A DNA stretch of 64,000 nt from Candidatus Marinacidobacterales bacterium (GCA_965224085.1 CBDCYI010000011.1:1248001-1312000), one strand, 5' to 3'. Positions 10,644 to 21,594 are shown, counted from the first letter of the stretch. Notes: generated by a model not told the origin, from the sequence alone. A program made the numbers and translations.

Positions 10644-10909
10644 GAGATGTTTATCTCGAAGTGACATACCGGCACGGAAGTCCGTGGGTTGCCTACCTGT
10701 ATCTTCCCCGCATCCCGGGAGACAAGAGCGCTCGCTGTGTCGAGGTTGAGCCGGACATGGTTCTGGACATCAACAACGAAGGAAAACTCATCGGGATCGA
10801 GTTCACCACGCCAGAGCTCGTCACGCTCCAGGTCGTCAACAGGGTTCTAGAAGATTACGGATTTGAGCCCCTCGACGCTTCTGACTTGAAGCCGTTGCTC
10901 GCCGCGTAG
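10640..10909 (+). CDS. DUF2283-family antitoxin
   Basis: AYLYL...VLDINNEGKLIGIEF motif; ATGA overlap with the DUF4258 stop. Confidence 0.8.
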   Translation: MRDVYLEVTYRHGSPWVAYLYLPRIPGDKSARCVEVEPDMVLDINNEGKLIGIEFTTPELVTLQVVNRVLEDYGFEPLDASDLKPLLAA

Positions 10910-11011
10910 AAGGTGTCGCGAGCTCCGTCCGGAGCGAGCTTGCCTCCCGGGGCTCGTGGCCAGTCTTCCATCACGTCGGCTCGACGCGTCGTCGAGGGCC
11001 ATGTGCACGAC

Positions 11012-11045
11012 AAAGGGGCCCGCACTCGCCAGTGCCGGCCCCTTT
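11012..11045. terminator. Likely bidirectional intrinsic terminator
   Basis: AAAGGGGCC-cGCACT-cgcc-AGTGCc-GGCCCCTTT between convergent genes. Confidence 0.65.
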
Positions 11046-11064
11046 CTTCGTAAGCGGACTCGCC

Positions 11065-11469
11065 CTAGCCCTTGAAGCTCTCGCGCAGCGCGCCCAGACC
11101 GGCGGCGTAGACATCCTTGATCATCGAGACCGTGTCCTCGGCCGGCCCGGCGGACACGTCGAAGCTCGAGGTCCACTCCACAGCGCAGCCGCCATCGGCT
11201 TCGACAACCTTGATCGTGGAGCGGTAGTCCTCGACCGGAAGGGGGCTTTCGACGATCCGGTAGCTGTAGGAGCGATTGGCGTCGTCGATATTGTCGATCG
11301 CCTCGTCGATCTGGGCCCCGTTGGCCAGGGTGCACTGGCGGGCCTTGCCGTCGAGCGAGCTCTTGGCGATGGCGGGGTGCCAGGAACTGATCGCGGCGGG
11401 GTCGCCGATCTTGGACCAGACGTCGTCGGCGGATGCGGAAAGGTGGGTGAGAACTGTGACGGTATGCAT
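11065..11469 (-). CDS. SRPBCC (polyketide cyclase/dehydrase) family protein
   Basis: ADDVWSKIGD...WHPAI...YSYRIVESPLPVEDY...VEWTSSF...YAAGL. Confidence 0.85.
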   Translation of the reverse strand: MHTVTVLTHLSASADDVWSKIGDPAAISSWHPAIAKSSLDGKARQCTLANGAQIDEAIDNIDDANRSYSYRIVESPLPVEDYRSTIKVVEADGGCAVEWTSSFDVSAGPAEDTVSMIKDVYAAGLGALRESFKG

Positions 11470-11537
11470 TGTGGCCTCCTCATGGCTTGGGTTTGTTTTC
11501 ATGGTGGACCCAGGCTACAGAAGATCCCGAATGCCTA

Positions 11538-11585
11538 CATCGGGAAGTTCCCCTATAACGGCGAAAATAGGGGAGTTCCCCGATG
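11538..11585. promoter_or_regulatory. Double palindromic operator, putative LuxR-type binding site
   Basis: CATCGGGAAGTTCCCCTAT-N10-ATAGGGGAGTTCCCCGATG between the regulator 3' end and the SRPBCC start. Confidence 0.6.
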
Positions 11586-11588
11586 CCC

Positions 11589-13130
11589 TTACTTGATGCA
11601 GAGACCGTACTCGACCGCAAAGATCGCCGCGCCGGGCCGATTGCGAGTGCCGATCTTGTCGTAGATGTGACCGACGTGGTGCTCCACCGTCTTGGCGGAG
11701 ATGAACAGTTTGTCCGCGACCTCTTTGTTGGACAGGCCCTGGGCCATCAAGCAGATAACCTCGGCCTCCCGCTTGGTGAGTTCGGCCGGCAAGCTCTTGT
11801 TGCTCGCTCTTCGACCGCTCACCGCGTCCAGTACCGCTCTCACCGCCATCCTGTTGAGCCGGCCCGACTCCGCCATGGCGAGAAGCTCCTCGGAAGCCTT
11901 CTCCGGAACGAGGGCGTTCCGGTGCGGTCGGTCCTCGAGCATCGCGTGGTAGCAGTCGGCGGCCGCTACGATCGCACATTGCAGATCGGGGTTTTCCACC
12001 TGACGGTGATAGCCGGAACCATCGGCCCGCTCGTGGTTCGACGAGGCCAGCTTGGCATAGCGGGCCAGGGCCGGTGACATCTTGAGGATGCTGTCGGTCA
12101 AAAACGTGTGCTGCTCGACTTTGGCCCACTCGGAGAGGGTGAGCTCGCCGGGTTTGTCCCAGATCCCGGCCGGGACACCGACCCGCCCGAGATCGTGGAG
12201 ATAGCCGGCGATCAAAAGCTCCTCGCATTGGTTCTTGTCGAGGTCGGCGGCCGCGCCGGCCCTTGCCGCCAGCTCCGCCACTCCGGCAGAGTGGCCGAGC
12301 GTGTAGACCGAGCGGTGATCGACATTGTGAGCGCAGGCCTTGGCCGCGTCGACCAGCTTATCGGCATCCGTGCGCCAGTCTCCGGGCGCCTCGTCCAGGA
12401 ACGCATCGAGGAGCGTCGCCGACCCGAATCCCTCGAGGAGCTCGTTACGACCGGTGTTGATCGCGTCGCAGAGCTCCGGATCGAAGTGACCGCCCTTGCG
12501 GTCGATGATGAGCCCGAAGGCGGCATCCGCTCCCATGCTCCGTCGCAGGAGCTCGAACGTCGTCGTGATGTGACCCGGGCCGGCAGGCAGATGTTCTCTC
12601 CGACCACACCAACCGGAGCACCACCGCCATCCCAACGTTCGTTGACTTGCGCCATGGCCTCGACGACCACGGGTGGCATACCCACGTCCGTGGCCAACTT
12701 GGCACCCAGCTCACAGTGGGGCCGGGTCAACGACTTGACCATCTCGGGATCGCCGGAAGCCTCACCGATCGCCTGGAAAGGGGCTTGTCGGTCCTCACTA
12801 GGCGCGTCGGTGGCCATGGTCTCGTCGAGACGAGCGAAGACATCCTCGACGTTGACGAGGTCACTCATCCAGGCCCCGCTAAAAGCCCTCGGGGTCTCCG
12901 AGGGAAGGGCCCCGTACCTCGGTTAAGCCAACCGAACAACCGATGAAGCGCAGCAGGCTCGCGTAGAACAGCTCGGCACACTGGTCCTCGCGCAGCTTCA
13001 GGCGCTTGCCGAGCCGACCCGCAAACAACGCCGCTCCGATGCCGGTCTCCGCAGGCGCTCCAATTCCGAGGTTGGCGGCAACGGAGATCGCCCCAAGGAC
13101 CTCGGAGAACTTGATCGTGGCGTCAGACAT
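11589..13130 (-). pseudogene. HD-GYP plus LuxR-HTH regulator with two frameshifts
   Basis: Three frames join: MSDATIKFSEVLGAIS..., ERWDGGG..., then LHDLGRVGV, HERADGSGY and LTKREAEV...GLSNKEVA...TVEHHV; shifts near 12880 and 12570. Confidence 0.85.
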
Positions 13131-13493
13131 ACCCGAAGTCGTAAGCGACAGGAAACTCCATCGTCTATAGTGAAGCGCGTCGCGCCAATTTTTGTCGGCT
13201 AGCGTGCGGGCGAAGCCGGTTTGGCGAGGCTGGGCGAGGATATCAGAGTGATGGTGTCCCCGGAAAGCCGGCTCACACCGCCTCAAAGAGAGGGGGAGGG
13301 ATCGATGTCCACCCCAGTTGACTCCTCCTGGCTCCTTACCTAGGAGCCGGTCACGTTTCAACTCACCCGGAACACCATTACTTCACTTACGTTCGTCATC
13401 ACGTAGGAATCCACGTTGCAGAGCGATGCGCGCGCGCTCCCCGTGTCGTCCCTAATTCGAATAGCTGGCCCTACTGAATTGCGGGGAACGGAA

Positions 13494-14012
13494 TCAGCCG
13501 TCCGCGCGTTCGGCCTGCTCGATGATCTCCACGAGCAGGCTCGGTCGGATGTGGAGGGTCGACACCTTCGGCAAGGATCTCAGAATGGCGATCACCGTCG
13601 GACGCTCGCGCTGACCACGACGAATCGAACGCAGCAGTACGCCCAGTGTTCCGTGCGCACGATAGCCGAGGGACTTCGCCGCAATCCGCGCGGCGGCGTC
13701 GTCTGTAAGCAGGAGGGCATCGGGGCGTTGCTCCATGCAGCTCAAGGCAGCCTCTTCCCCGCGGTCTAAGCTCAGGGTCCGCACGACAGAACGGAAGAAC
13801 GGGCTCGTTGAGGTGGCAACCTTCAAACGCTGAACCTCGATCGCGGGGTTGGTGAGCGCCGTCGGCCTGTGGGCTTCCACCTCCTGGCACACGACGTCCG
13901 GAACCCAGAGCGCAACGAAGTCGGCGAGAAGATCCACGCAACCGAGCTCGTCGACGTGGATGAGCGGCCCGGCGTCACAGACAACCTCGAGAGCGTCGTC
14001 AGTCGGTGCCAT
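13494..14012 (-). CDS. PIN-domain toxin (DUF3368-like)
   Basis: VVCDAGPLIH, LDRGEEAAL, LLTDDAAAR and GTLGVLL motifs. Confidence 0.85.
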   Translation of the reverse strand: MAPTDDALEVVCDAGPLIHVDELGCVDLLADFVALWVPDVVCQEVEAHRPTALTNPAIEVQRLKVATSTSPFFRSVVRTLSLDRGEEAALSCMEQRPDALLLTDDAAARIAAKSLGYRAHGTLGVLLRSIRRGQRERPTVIAILRSLPKVSTLHIRPSLLVEIIEQAERADG

Positions 14013-14205
14013 GGAGACCCCATTCCACGTCCTCGCGGATGAGATCCTGCATCAGATCACCTCGATGCGAATCGAGGAAGCGACGCAACGCATCAAGGAC
14101 CAACTCGTCCGTGCTTCGAAACCACCCGGCGTCGACCATGGACTGCATCTCTCGCATCACGCTTTCCGGGAGGTCCGCCTGAAGAGTACGATTCTGGTCT
14201 GCCAT
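13999..14205 (-). CDS. Ribbon-helix-helix (CopG-like) antitoxin
   Basis: 68 aa, MVDAGWFRSTDELVLDALRRFL; overlaps the toxin start. Confidence 0.75.
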   Translation of the reverse strand: MADQNRTLQADLPESVMREMQSMVDAGWFRSTDELVLDALRRFLDSHRGDLMQDLIREDVEWGLHGTD

Positions 14206-14341
14206 GTCTGATCCCCGTTACCCATAGTAGTTTACCGTACTGGATCGGTGCGTTGCAGCTTAAGCAAGTCGAGGAACCTTCACAAATGTGGATTAGCTTC
14301 TACACGAGGAAAGCCGCGATGAATGGCGACGACGAGCCTAG

Positions 14342-16343
14342 CCCATGTTTACCCTTTATGGGCACCCTAACGCTCGTAAGTGACTGAATTCAAAGGAACG
14401 GGGGTTGAATTTGCCCAAAACGTAGAGACAGATATTGTGCTTTGAGCGCCATTAATACGTTGTAATCGTGGACAATGATATGTAGTATGCGTGAGGACAG
14501 GTTATGTTCTTCCGCATCGTTCGGGCCGCAGGCGGCAAAGGGGTTCAACATGAGTATGTCCGCCTGGTCGAGTCGTATCGGGAGCACGGCAAGCCGAAGC
14601 AACGCGTAGTGTGCAACTTGGGGCGCAAGGATCTCCTAGTTGCCAATCTCGACTCCCTCAATCGGTTGCTTGGGGCCGGTGAACCGGCCGACACCGAGCG
14701 AGCAGCCGAGCAGATCGCGGGGGCAGACGCGTGGGATTGGGGTCCGATGGTGGTGACGGCGACGCTGTGGCGCGAGCTCGGACTGGAGCAGATTCTCGAC
14801 CGGCTCGGAGGCCGCGGCAAGCGCGACGGAGTGGCGCTAAGCGAGCGAGCTTTGGTGCTGGTCGCCAACCGGCTATGTGCTCCGTCAAGCGAGCACGGTC
14901 TGGCGCGCTGGCTCGAGACCGACTTCGTCTGCGACCGGCAGGGGCGGCGGTGGGTGCCGCAGTGGCGCGATGATGGGGAGCGGCGAGCGAGTCGCTCCCC
15001 GCGGGTTCGCGTGGAGTTTTGCCAACTCAAGCAATGGTACCGAACGCTCGACCAGCTGCATGCCCGCAAAGAACAGATCGAGAAAGAGCTGTTTTTGCGC
15101 TTGCGGGATCTGTTTTCGCTTGAGGTTGACATGGTGTTTTACGACCTGACGTCGACGTACTTCGAAGGTCAAGGCCCTCCGGGGCTCGGCGCCCACGGCT
15201 ACAGTCGCGACCGCAGACCGCGTAACCGGCAAGTGCTTGTCGGTCTGGTGATGGTGGACGGTTGGCCGATCGCCCACCATGTTTTCGCCGGCAACTGGCG
15301 TGACGCGAAAACGGTGCCGCAGGTGCTCAACGATCTCAACGAACGATTCGGTTTGCACCGCGTGGTTTTTGTCGGCGACCGAGGGATGGTAACGAGCGAC
15401 AGCCTGGCGGTGGTGCGCTCGCGCAAGCAGGGCTATCTCGTCGGGCTGCAAAGACGACGGCGCGAGGAGGTCTATCGTTACATCGAGCGCGCCAGCGGAG
15501 AGTGGATCGACTGCCCTGGTGGCATCACGGTGAGCGAAAAAGCCGAGCCACCTAAGACTCGTGTGCAAGAAGTCCGCTCCGAGCAGTCTGGCGTGCGCAT
15601 CTTCGTCGTTCACAGCGACGAAAGGCTCGCCTACGAGCGCGGGCAGAGGCTGCGGGCCATGGGACGTGCCCGTGCGGCATTCGAGGCCCTTGAGCGCCGC
15701 GTGCGCGAGGGACGATTGAAAGCCCCCGAGAAAATCGGTGCCGCCGCCGCGCGCATACAGGCACGCCACCACGGTCACCGTTACTACGACTGGGAGTACA
15801 AAAACGCTCGCTTCCGCTTCTTCGAGCACCCGGACAACCTCAAGCGCGAGCAAGCCTACGAGGGTAAGTACGTTATTCAAACCGAGGAGCAAAACCTCTC
15901 TCCGGTCGACGCCGTGCGCCTTTACAAGGACCTAAACGAGGTCGAGCGAGCCTTCTCATGCCTTAAGGATGTCATTGAGATGCGTCCCGTTTACCACCAG
16001 ACCGATGAGCGTGTGGAGGCACATCTTTTCGTAGCTACGCTGGCCTTCCTTGTGCATCGGGCTCTTGAGAAAAAGCTCAAGGTCGCCGAACTCGACCTGT
16101 CCGCAACCGAGGCACTACAAGCGCTACGCTCGGTCCGGCTCGTCGACTTACAGCTGGGTTCTGGGCGGACCAAGCGCGTCGTCACGCGCGGCACCGCTCG
16201 CGCCAACTCGATCCTGACTGCACTCGGAATCGTTGAACGCGACCCGCCAGCCTTCTCCGAGGAGGTGCTGTCAGCGTAGAGACAAACCGCGGATCTCAGT
16301 CCTTTGTTTATGATGACTTAGAGACCTAAAAGGGAAACATGGG
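14342..16343 (+). mobile_element. IS1634-family insertion sequence
   Basis: Terminal inverted repeats CCCATGTTTACCCTTT and AAAAGGGAAACATGGG, each flanked by CTAG. Confidence 0.85.
14504..16279 (+). CDS. IS1634-family DDE transposase
   Basis: YVRLVESYR...KQRVVCNLGR, FYDLTSTYFEG, GYSRD, FVGDRGM, VERAF...MRPVYH. Confidence 0.92.
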   Translation: MFFRIVRAAGGKGVQHEYVRLVESYREHGKPKQRVVCNLGRKDLLVANLDSLNRLLGAGEPADTERAAEQIAGADAWDWGPMVVTATLWRELGLEQILDRLGGRGKRDGVALSERALVLVANRLCAPSSEHGLARWLETDFVCDRQGRRWVPQWRDDGERRASRSPRVRVEFCQLKQWYRTLDQLHARKEQIEKELFLRLRDLFSLEVDMVFYDLTSTYFEGQGPPGLGAHGYSRDRRPRNRQVLVGLVMVDGWPIAHHVFAGNWRDAKTVPQVLNDLNERFGLHRVVFVGDRGMVTSDSLAVVRSRKQGYLVGLQRRRREEVYRYIERASGEWIDCPGGITVSEKAEPPKTRVQEVRSEQSGVRIFVVHSDERLAYERGQRLRAMGRARAAFEALERRVREGRLKAPEKIGAAAARIQARHHGHRYYDWEYKNARFRFFEHPDNLKREQAYEGKYVIQTEEQNLSPVDAVRLYKDLNEVERAFSCLKDVIEMRPVYHQTDERVEAHLFVATLAFLVHRALEKKLKVAELDLSATEALQALRSVRLVDLQLGSGRTKRVVTRGTARANSILTALGIVERDPPAFSEEVLSA

Positions 16344-16551
16344 CTAGCTGCTAGCTACGGCGAGGTCGCCGACTCGTAACACGATGAACGGTCTACGCGA
16401 ATGTGAATGCCGTGGCGGGGCTCGGCATTCAGGGCCAGTTCATCTACATTAATCTAATGATCAAAGAGCGAAGTCGCCAGTCCAAGCCCTGGGCGCTCGA
16501 GGACCTCCTGCTGCCGGCCCCGTTTGCCGCCGTCGGCGATTGGATCCTCTG

Positions 16552-19104
16552 TCAGCTCAGTGTCTGGGCGATACGCTCAACCGTCTCAGCGAGCGACTCG
16601 AGACGCGTTCGGTCCCGTCCGCTGGCCGACGCGCTCTCGCTCGAAAGCTCGGTCGCGATGGCCTCGAGCTTCCGGGCGGTTTCTGCGTCCTTCGACGCGC
16701 TCGTAAGCAGCTCGTCCGCACGGTCGAGAGCGGCCGTCAGCGCGTGGGAACGCGCCGCCGCGATGGCCTGACCGCGCTCGAGCTGATCCAGGTAGGCGCG
16801 CGCCACGGCCGGGTGGGCGGGCCAGTCGATGCGGCGCTGCTGCTGAGCGTTGAACACTTCCGGCGACACGAGCGCCGCGGCGTCGATCTCGTTCTGGGTG
16901 ACGTGCTCGCTCGGCAGCAGCTCGAGAACGTCGAGGCCACGCGAAATCTCGGTGCCGTAGATGAAGCCGTCGTACCAATACGCGGACCAGTAGCCACCCA
17001 TCACGAGCGCGTTGGGGTCGATCGGTCCGCGGTCGAAGAAGGCGATCTCGACCGGTCTCTCGGAGTCCGTGAAATCGAACACGGAGATCCCGCCCTGATA
17101 CCAAGCCTGGACCATGATGTCGCGCCCGGGAACGGGGATGAGAGAACCGTTGTGCGCGACGCAGTTCTCCTCCTTCGATTGTGGGGCCGGCAACTTGTAG
17201 TAGTTGCGGAACTGGAGCTTCCCGTCGACGATGTCGAAGATCGCATTCGCGCCCCAATTGTCGGGATCGAAGGCTCGGCATCGCGGACGTCCTCCTCCGC
17301 CCCACTCGTCCGTGAAGACGACCTTCGTCCCGTCGTTGTTGAACGTGGCAGAGTGCCAGTAGGCGAAGGCCGGGTCGACGACCTGGTCCAGACGGACGGG
17401 ATTCGCGGGATCGGAGATGTCGAGGAGGATGCCGTTTCCGGAGCAAGCGCCCGCGGCCAGACCCAGCTCGGGATACACGGTGATGTCGTGGCACTGGTTG
17501 GTCTGGCGGGATCGCTGTGTCTCCGGACCGTGATCCCCGCCCTTCCAAAGGCCGGCAATCGCGCCACTCTCGGGGTCGGCGAAGATTCGGGGCCGGCTGA
17601 CGACGCGCGCCTCCTCCGGCCGGTCTATGGGAACGCGGATGACGTCGATGCTGAAGAGTGCCGTGTTCGGGTCCTGATCGGCGTCGGTGCAGCCCTCGAG
17701 CTCTTCCTTCGGGCGGACCGAGCTCGTGCCCGAGTTGTAGACGTAGATGTTTCCCTCGTCGTCGGGGTCGCTCACCAGGGTGTGGGTGTGCGAGCCGCGG
17801 CAAGTCTGCACCGCGGCGACCTGCCTCGGCAATCGCAGGTTGCTGATGTCGAAGATGCGTACGCCGCGAAAGCGCTGCTCGCTCACCGGCTCCGCCACGC
17901 CCTGCGTCCCGCAGTCGAGCCGCGCACGCGTCTCCTGCACCGACATGAAAAGGAGATTTCCGTAGATGGAGACGTCGCCCTGACCGCCGGGACAGACAAT
18001 TGAAGCCAGGAGCTGCGGGGAGAGCGGATCCTCCACGTTGTACGCGTTGAACCCGTGATAGTTGCCCTCGATCACGACGCCCCTGGCGAAGGCCAGATCG
18101 GTGTTCGCGAAGTTGAGAATCCCGGGTCGAATCGAATCCTCCTCGTCCTCTTCGATTTCCGCTGGCATTTCTTCGCTCGTCTGCTCTGCTGCGCCCTCGG
18201 CCTCGGCGGCTTGCTCTGCCTGCTCCTGATTCTGTTCCTGGTTACGTTCCCGTTCACGCTCCTCTCTCCGCGCCCGGGCGCGCCTCTCCTCCTCGCTCTC
18301 TCTGGGGCGGCCCGCGGGAGCCTCGGGATCGTAGAAGCCGTCGGGCTTGGGGAGGGTGGCGACCAGCTCCAGATTCAGCACTGCGTCGCGGGCGCTGCGA
18401 AACCCGGCGGCGAGAGTCGCACGCGGATCGGGCGAGAATCCGGCGAGCATGGCATCCATCCGGTCGATCTCCATGGTCTGATCGGCCGTGATGTCGGACG
18501 TGAAAGCAAAGAGCTGGGAATCTTGCGCCGCGCCTCGCTCCGAGAGCAGCTCCTCCACCATGTCGAGCGCACCCTGGTGGTGCTTGATCATGTACCGCAG
18601 GAAAAGATCATCGAACTCCTCCCCGCGCGCCATCTCGAGTTCATTCAACTCCTCGGGCGTCAACATGCCGGGCATCAAGGTCGCGCCGTGGGCATGATGG
18701 GCATCTACGCTCGTCACCTCCAAGCTCCGCTCGCGAAGCCACTCTTGCATCATCCGGATCTCGTCTTCTTGGGAAAGCTCGATCCGCTTGCCGAGCTGTT
18801 GCATGGCCTCGCTGTTGCTCCGCGACGCGAGAAGCTCGGTCATCTCGAGAGCCTGGGCGTGATGGGAGATCATTCCCTGCATGAAGCGCACGTCGGCTTC
18901 GCTGAATTGCAGGCCGGCGAGGTTCGAGGCCTCTTCGGCGGAGATATTGCGACTCGGATCGCCGGGAGCGCCCGGCTGGACGATCGGCGGCTGTTCCTGA
19001 GCCTGGCTCTCCACCGCTCCGATCGGCAAGAGCGCCAAGATCAAATTGATGACGATGGCGGCCGGCGCCGCGAGCCGCCGGACAAAGGGTTCCTCGAGAC
19101 TCAT
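16552..19104 (-). CDS. Secreted DUF305 plus LVIVD-repeat protein
   Basis: DVRFMQGMISHHAQA and FLRYMIKHHQGA (DUF305); CPGGQGDVS, QTCRGSHTHT, CHDITV and YWHSATF; signal peptide. Confidence 0.88.
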   Translation of the reverse strand: MSLEEPFVRRLAAPAAIVINLILALLPIGAVESQAQEQPPIVQPGAPGDPSRNISAEEASNLAGLQFSEADVRFMQGMISHHAQALEMTELLASRSNSEAMQQLGKRIELSQEDEIRMMQEWLRERSLEVTSVDAHHAHGATLMPGMLTPEELNELEMARGEEFDDLFLRYMIKHHQGALDMVEELLSERGAAQDSQLFAFTSDITADQTMEIDRMDAMLAGFSPDPRATLAAGFRSARDAVLNLELVATLPKPDGFYDPEAPAGRPRESEEERRARARREERERERNQEQNQEQAEQAAEAEGAAEQTSEEMPAEIEEDEEDSIRPGILNFANTDLAFARGVVIEGNYHGFNAYNVEDPLSPQLLASIVCPGGQGDVSIYGNLLFMSVQETRARLDCGTQGVAEPVSEQRFRGVRIFDISNLRLPRQVAAVQTCRGSHTHTLVSDPDDEGNIYVYNSGTSSVRPKEELEGCTDADQDPNTALFSIDVIRVPIDRPEEARVVSRPRIFADPESGAIAGLWKGGDHGPETQRSRQTNQCHDITVYPELGLAAGACSGNGILLDISDPANPVRLDQVVDPAFAYWHSATFNNDGTKVVFTDEWGGGGRPRCRAFDPDNWGANAIFDIVDGKLQFRNYYKLPAPQSKEENCVAHNGSLIPVPGRDIMVQAWYQGGISVFDFTDSERPVEIAFFDRGPIDPNALVMGGYWSAYWYDGFIYGTEISRGLDVLELLPSEHVTQNEIDAAALVSPEVFNAQQQRRIDWPAHPAVARAYLDQLERGQAIAAARSHALTAALDRADELLTSASKDAETARKLEAIATELSSESASASGRDRTRLESLAETVERIAQTLS

Positions 19105-19169
19105 TCTGTGACCTCCGATCGATTCCCGCCCCAACGTTTTCGCGCCGTATTCTAATCCACGCCGCGAAT
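19090..19169 (+). repeat. About 80-bp direct repeat, copy 1 (promoter and start of the DUF305 gene)
   Basis: Aligns by eye to 21516-21594 with about 8 substitutions and 1 gap. Confidence 0.85.
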
Positions 19170-19524
19170 CCACGCACCCCAACCGCCGCGATGGACGCCG
19201 TGTCTCTTCGACGAAGCCGTCGCCCCAATCAATCCGCCCGCAAGGCGCGACTGGCTTCCAGGCTCGATGCTCGTCCAGCCGGGACGAGTGAGGTGATGAA
19301 GGCGTTTAAGGGAATGTCAGCGCTGCCTTCATCACGGAGCTCCTCCGGCGCACGACGTAGTTTCATCTCGAGCGAGATGGCGACGGGCGCCTGTCGTCCG
19401 ACGATATCGCGAGCGCGATCGACGAGATGCTCGTGAGCCAAAGCCGTCAGTTTCACCCGTAGCGGACCGGCGAGATTGTTGCCTGGCCGCAGAGCGTAGA
19501 AGTATGCTGCGGCCCGTCATCGCC

Positions 19525-21218
19525 ATGCAATCCCTCGCTGCTCAGCTCGCCCACTTCCTGCAAAAGGACACCAGTCGCCAGAACCTCCGTACATTGGCAC
19601 GGCTGCTGGTCGTGCTGGCCATCCATCGTCGCGGTCTACAGCTTTGTCTTCCACCTGCTCATGCTGCGAGAGGGACGCGAGCACAGCTGGTTCACCGGGA
19701 TTTACTGGACCCTGACCACCATGTCGACACTGGGCTTCGGAGACATAACGTTCAGCTCGGATCTGGGACGCGTGTTCTCGATGTGTGTGCTGCTGACCGG
19801 AACGGTCTACATGCTGATCCTGCTGCCGTTCTCGTTCATCCGGTTTTTCTACGCCCCGTGGATGGAGGCCCATGCCGAGTCGCGTGCGCTGCGCCACGTG
19901 CCCGCCCGCACCAGCGGCCACGTGGTGTTGACCAACCACGATGCCGTGACCAGCACGCTGATCAACAAGCTGACCCAGTACGGTTACCCCTACGTTCTGC
20001 TCGTCCCGAACCTCAGCGAAGCCCTGCGCCTGCATGATTCGGGCTTCAAGGTCGTCATGGGTGATCTCGACAATCCCGACGTCTATCGGAAGCTGCAGGT
20101 GGAGAACGCAGCGATGGTGGCGACGACCGGCACCGACCCCGTCAACACCCACGTGGCCTTCACCGTGCGCGAGCTGACCACAAACGTGCCGATCATCGCC
20201 ACCGCGGACGACCCCGCATCGGTCGACATCCTCGAGCCGGCCGGCTGCACCCTCGTGCTCGAGATACCCAAGATGATGGGGCAGGCGTTGGCGCGGCGTT
20301 TGCACGGAGGGGATGCCAGGGCGCACGTGATCGGCCGCTACGGTGAACTGCTGATCGCCGAGACCACCGCGACCGGCACCCCGATGGTCGGCAAGACCCT
20401 GATGGAGATCGGGCTGCGCCGCGAGCTGGGGCTGACCGTCGTTGCCGTTTGGGAGCGCGGCGAGTTCAAGACAGCGCTGCCGAAGACGACCGTCAGCGCG
20501 AACACCGTCCTGGTGTTGGCCGGCACCCACGAACAGCTGGAACGGTTCAACGAGAAGTACCGCGTTTACAAGTTCTCAAAGGCGCCGACGGTGATCATCG
20601 GCGGAGGCCGCGTCGGCCGCGCAACGGCCCGTGCGCTGGCCGAGCGGGGCCTCGATTCCCGCATCGTCGAGCAGAATCCGGAGCTGGCCCGCGAGTCGGA
20701 CAAGTTCGTGGTGGGGAGCGCCGCCGAGCTTACGGTTCTTCAGGAGGCGGGCATCGAGCAAGCCCCTGCGGCGATCGTCACCACCCACGACGACGACATG
20801 AACGTCTACCTGACCATCTAGTGTCGTCGCCTGCGGCCCGATATCCAGATCATCAGCCGGGTCGCGCTCGAGCGCAACATCCCCAGCCTGCACCGAGCCG
20901 GCGCCGACTTCGTGATGTCCTACGCGTCGATGGGAGCCAACGCCGCCTTCAACTAAGCACGGCAACACGCTGATGATCGCGGAGGGCCTCGACGTGTTCA
21001 AGGTCAGGATGCCCGCCGCGCTGGCCGGTAAGACGATCGCCGAATCCGGCATTCGCCGCAAGACGCGATGCACGGTCATCGCCGCAGAGCGCAACGGAAA
21101 GACGCAGCTCAATCCGGACCCGACGCAGCCGCTACCCGCCGACGGCGAATTGATCCTCATCGGCAGCGCCAAAGGCGAACGCCGCTTCCTCGAGACGTTT
21201 GTGAGAGAGCGGGCGTGA
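19525..21218 (+). pseudogene. TrkA-domain potassium channel (Ion_trans_2 plus two RCK pairs), disrupted
   Basis: TMSTLGFGD filter and IIGGGRVG; frameshift near 19620, in-frame TAG at 20819, lesion near 20955. Confidence 0.85.
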
Positions 21219-21446
21219 CGCGTGTAACTTCTCGTCGGACCGCTCGTAGCAGATGTCGAGATTCGCGGTGACAAATAGCGTCGTATTGCATCACCGGGCT
21301 CAGAACGATCACGAGCGTTGCCGAAGCGATCGAGGCGGGACGGATCGAGTGCGGCATCGATTCACTGTCTCCGGGGATTGCGGCACCTCGTGGCCTAGGC
21401 TACTCCCAGCGTAGTAGAGCGTGTAGGGGATGGACGCTTGACGCTT

Positions 21447-21514
21447 CGCCGCGCCGGGAGGTAGCTAGCGAGCAACGAGACCGCGGCAAGAAACATCGCA
21501 ACAACGCCGTACGT
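21447..21514 (-). pseudogene. Second ADOP permease tail remnant
   Basis: TYGVVAMFLAAVSLLASYLPARR; DNA closely similar to 7257-7324. Confidence 0.7.
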
Positions 21515-21515
21515 A

Positions 21516-21594
21516 TTCCTCGAAACTCATTTCGTGACGTCCGATCGATTCCCGCCCAATATTTTCGAGCCGTATTCTAATCCGCGCCGCGAAT
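21516..21594 (+). repeat. About 80-bp direct repeat, copy 2
   Basis: Matches 19090-19169. Confidence 0.85.

Noticed and set aside
16403-16460. Serine-hydrolase remnant (GIQGQFIYIN) as the IS1634 target gene
   Set aside because: Too short, and no matching 5' part was seen left of the IS
20819-20821. In-frame TAG in the K+ channel (and at 59525) as pyrrolysine or amber recoding
   Set aside because: The same gene has separate frameshifts, TAG ends intact genes here (pal, ssb), and no pyl genes are present
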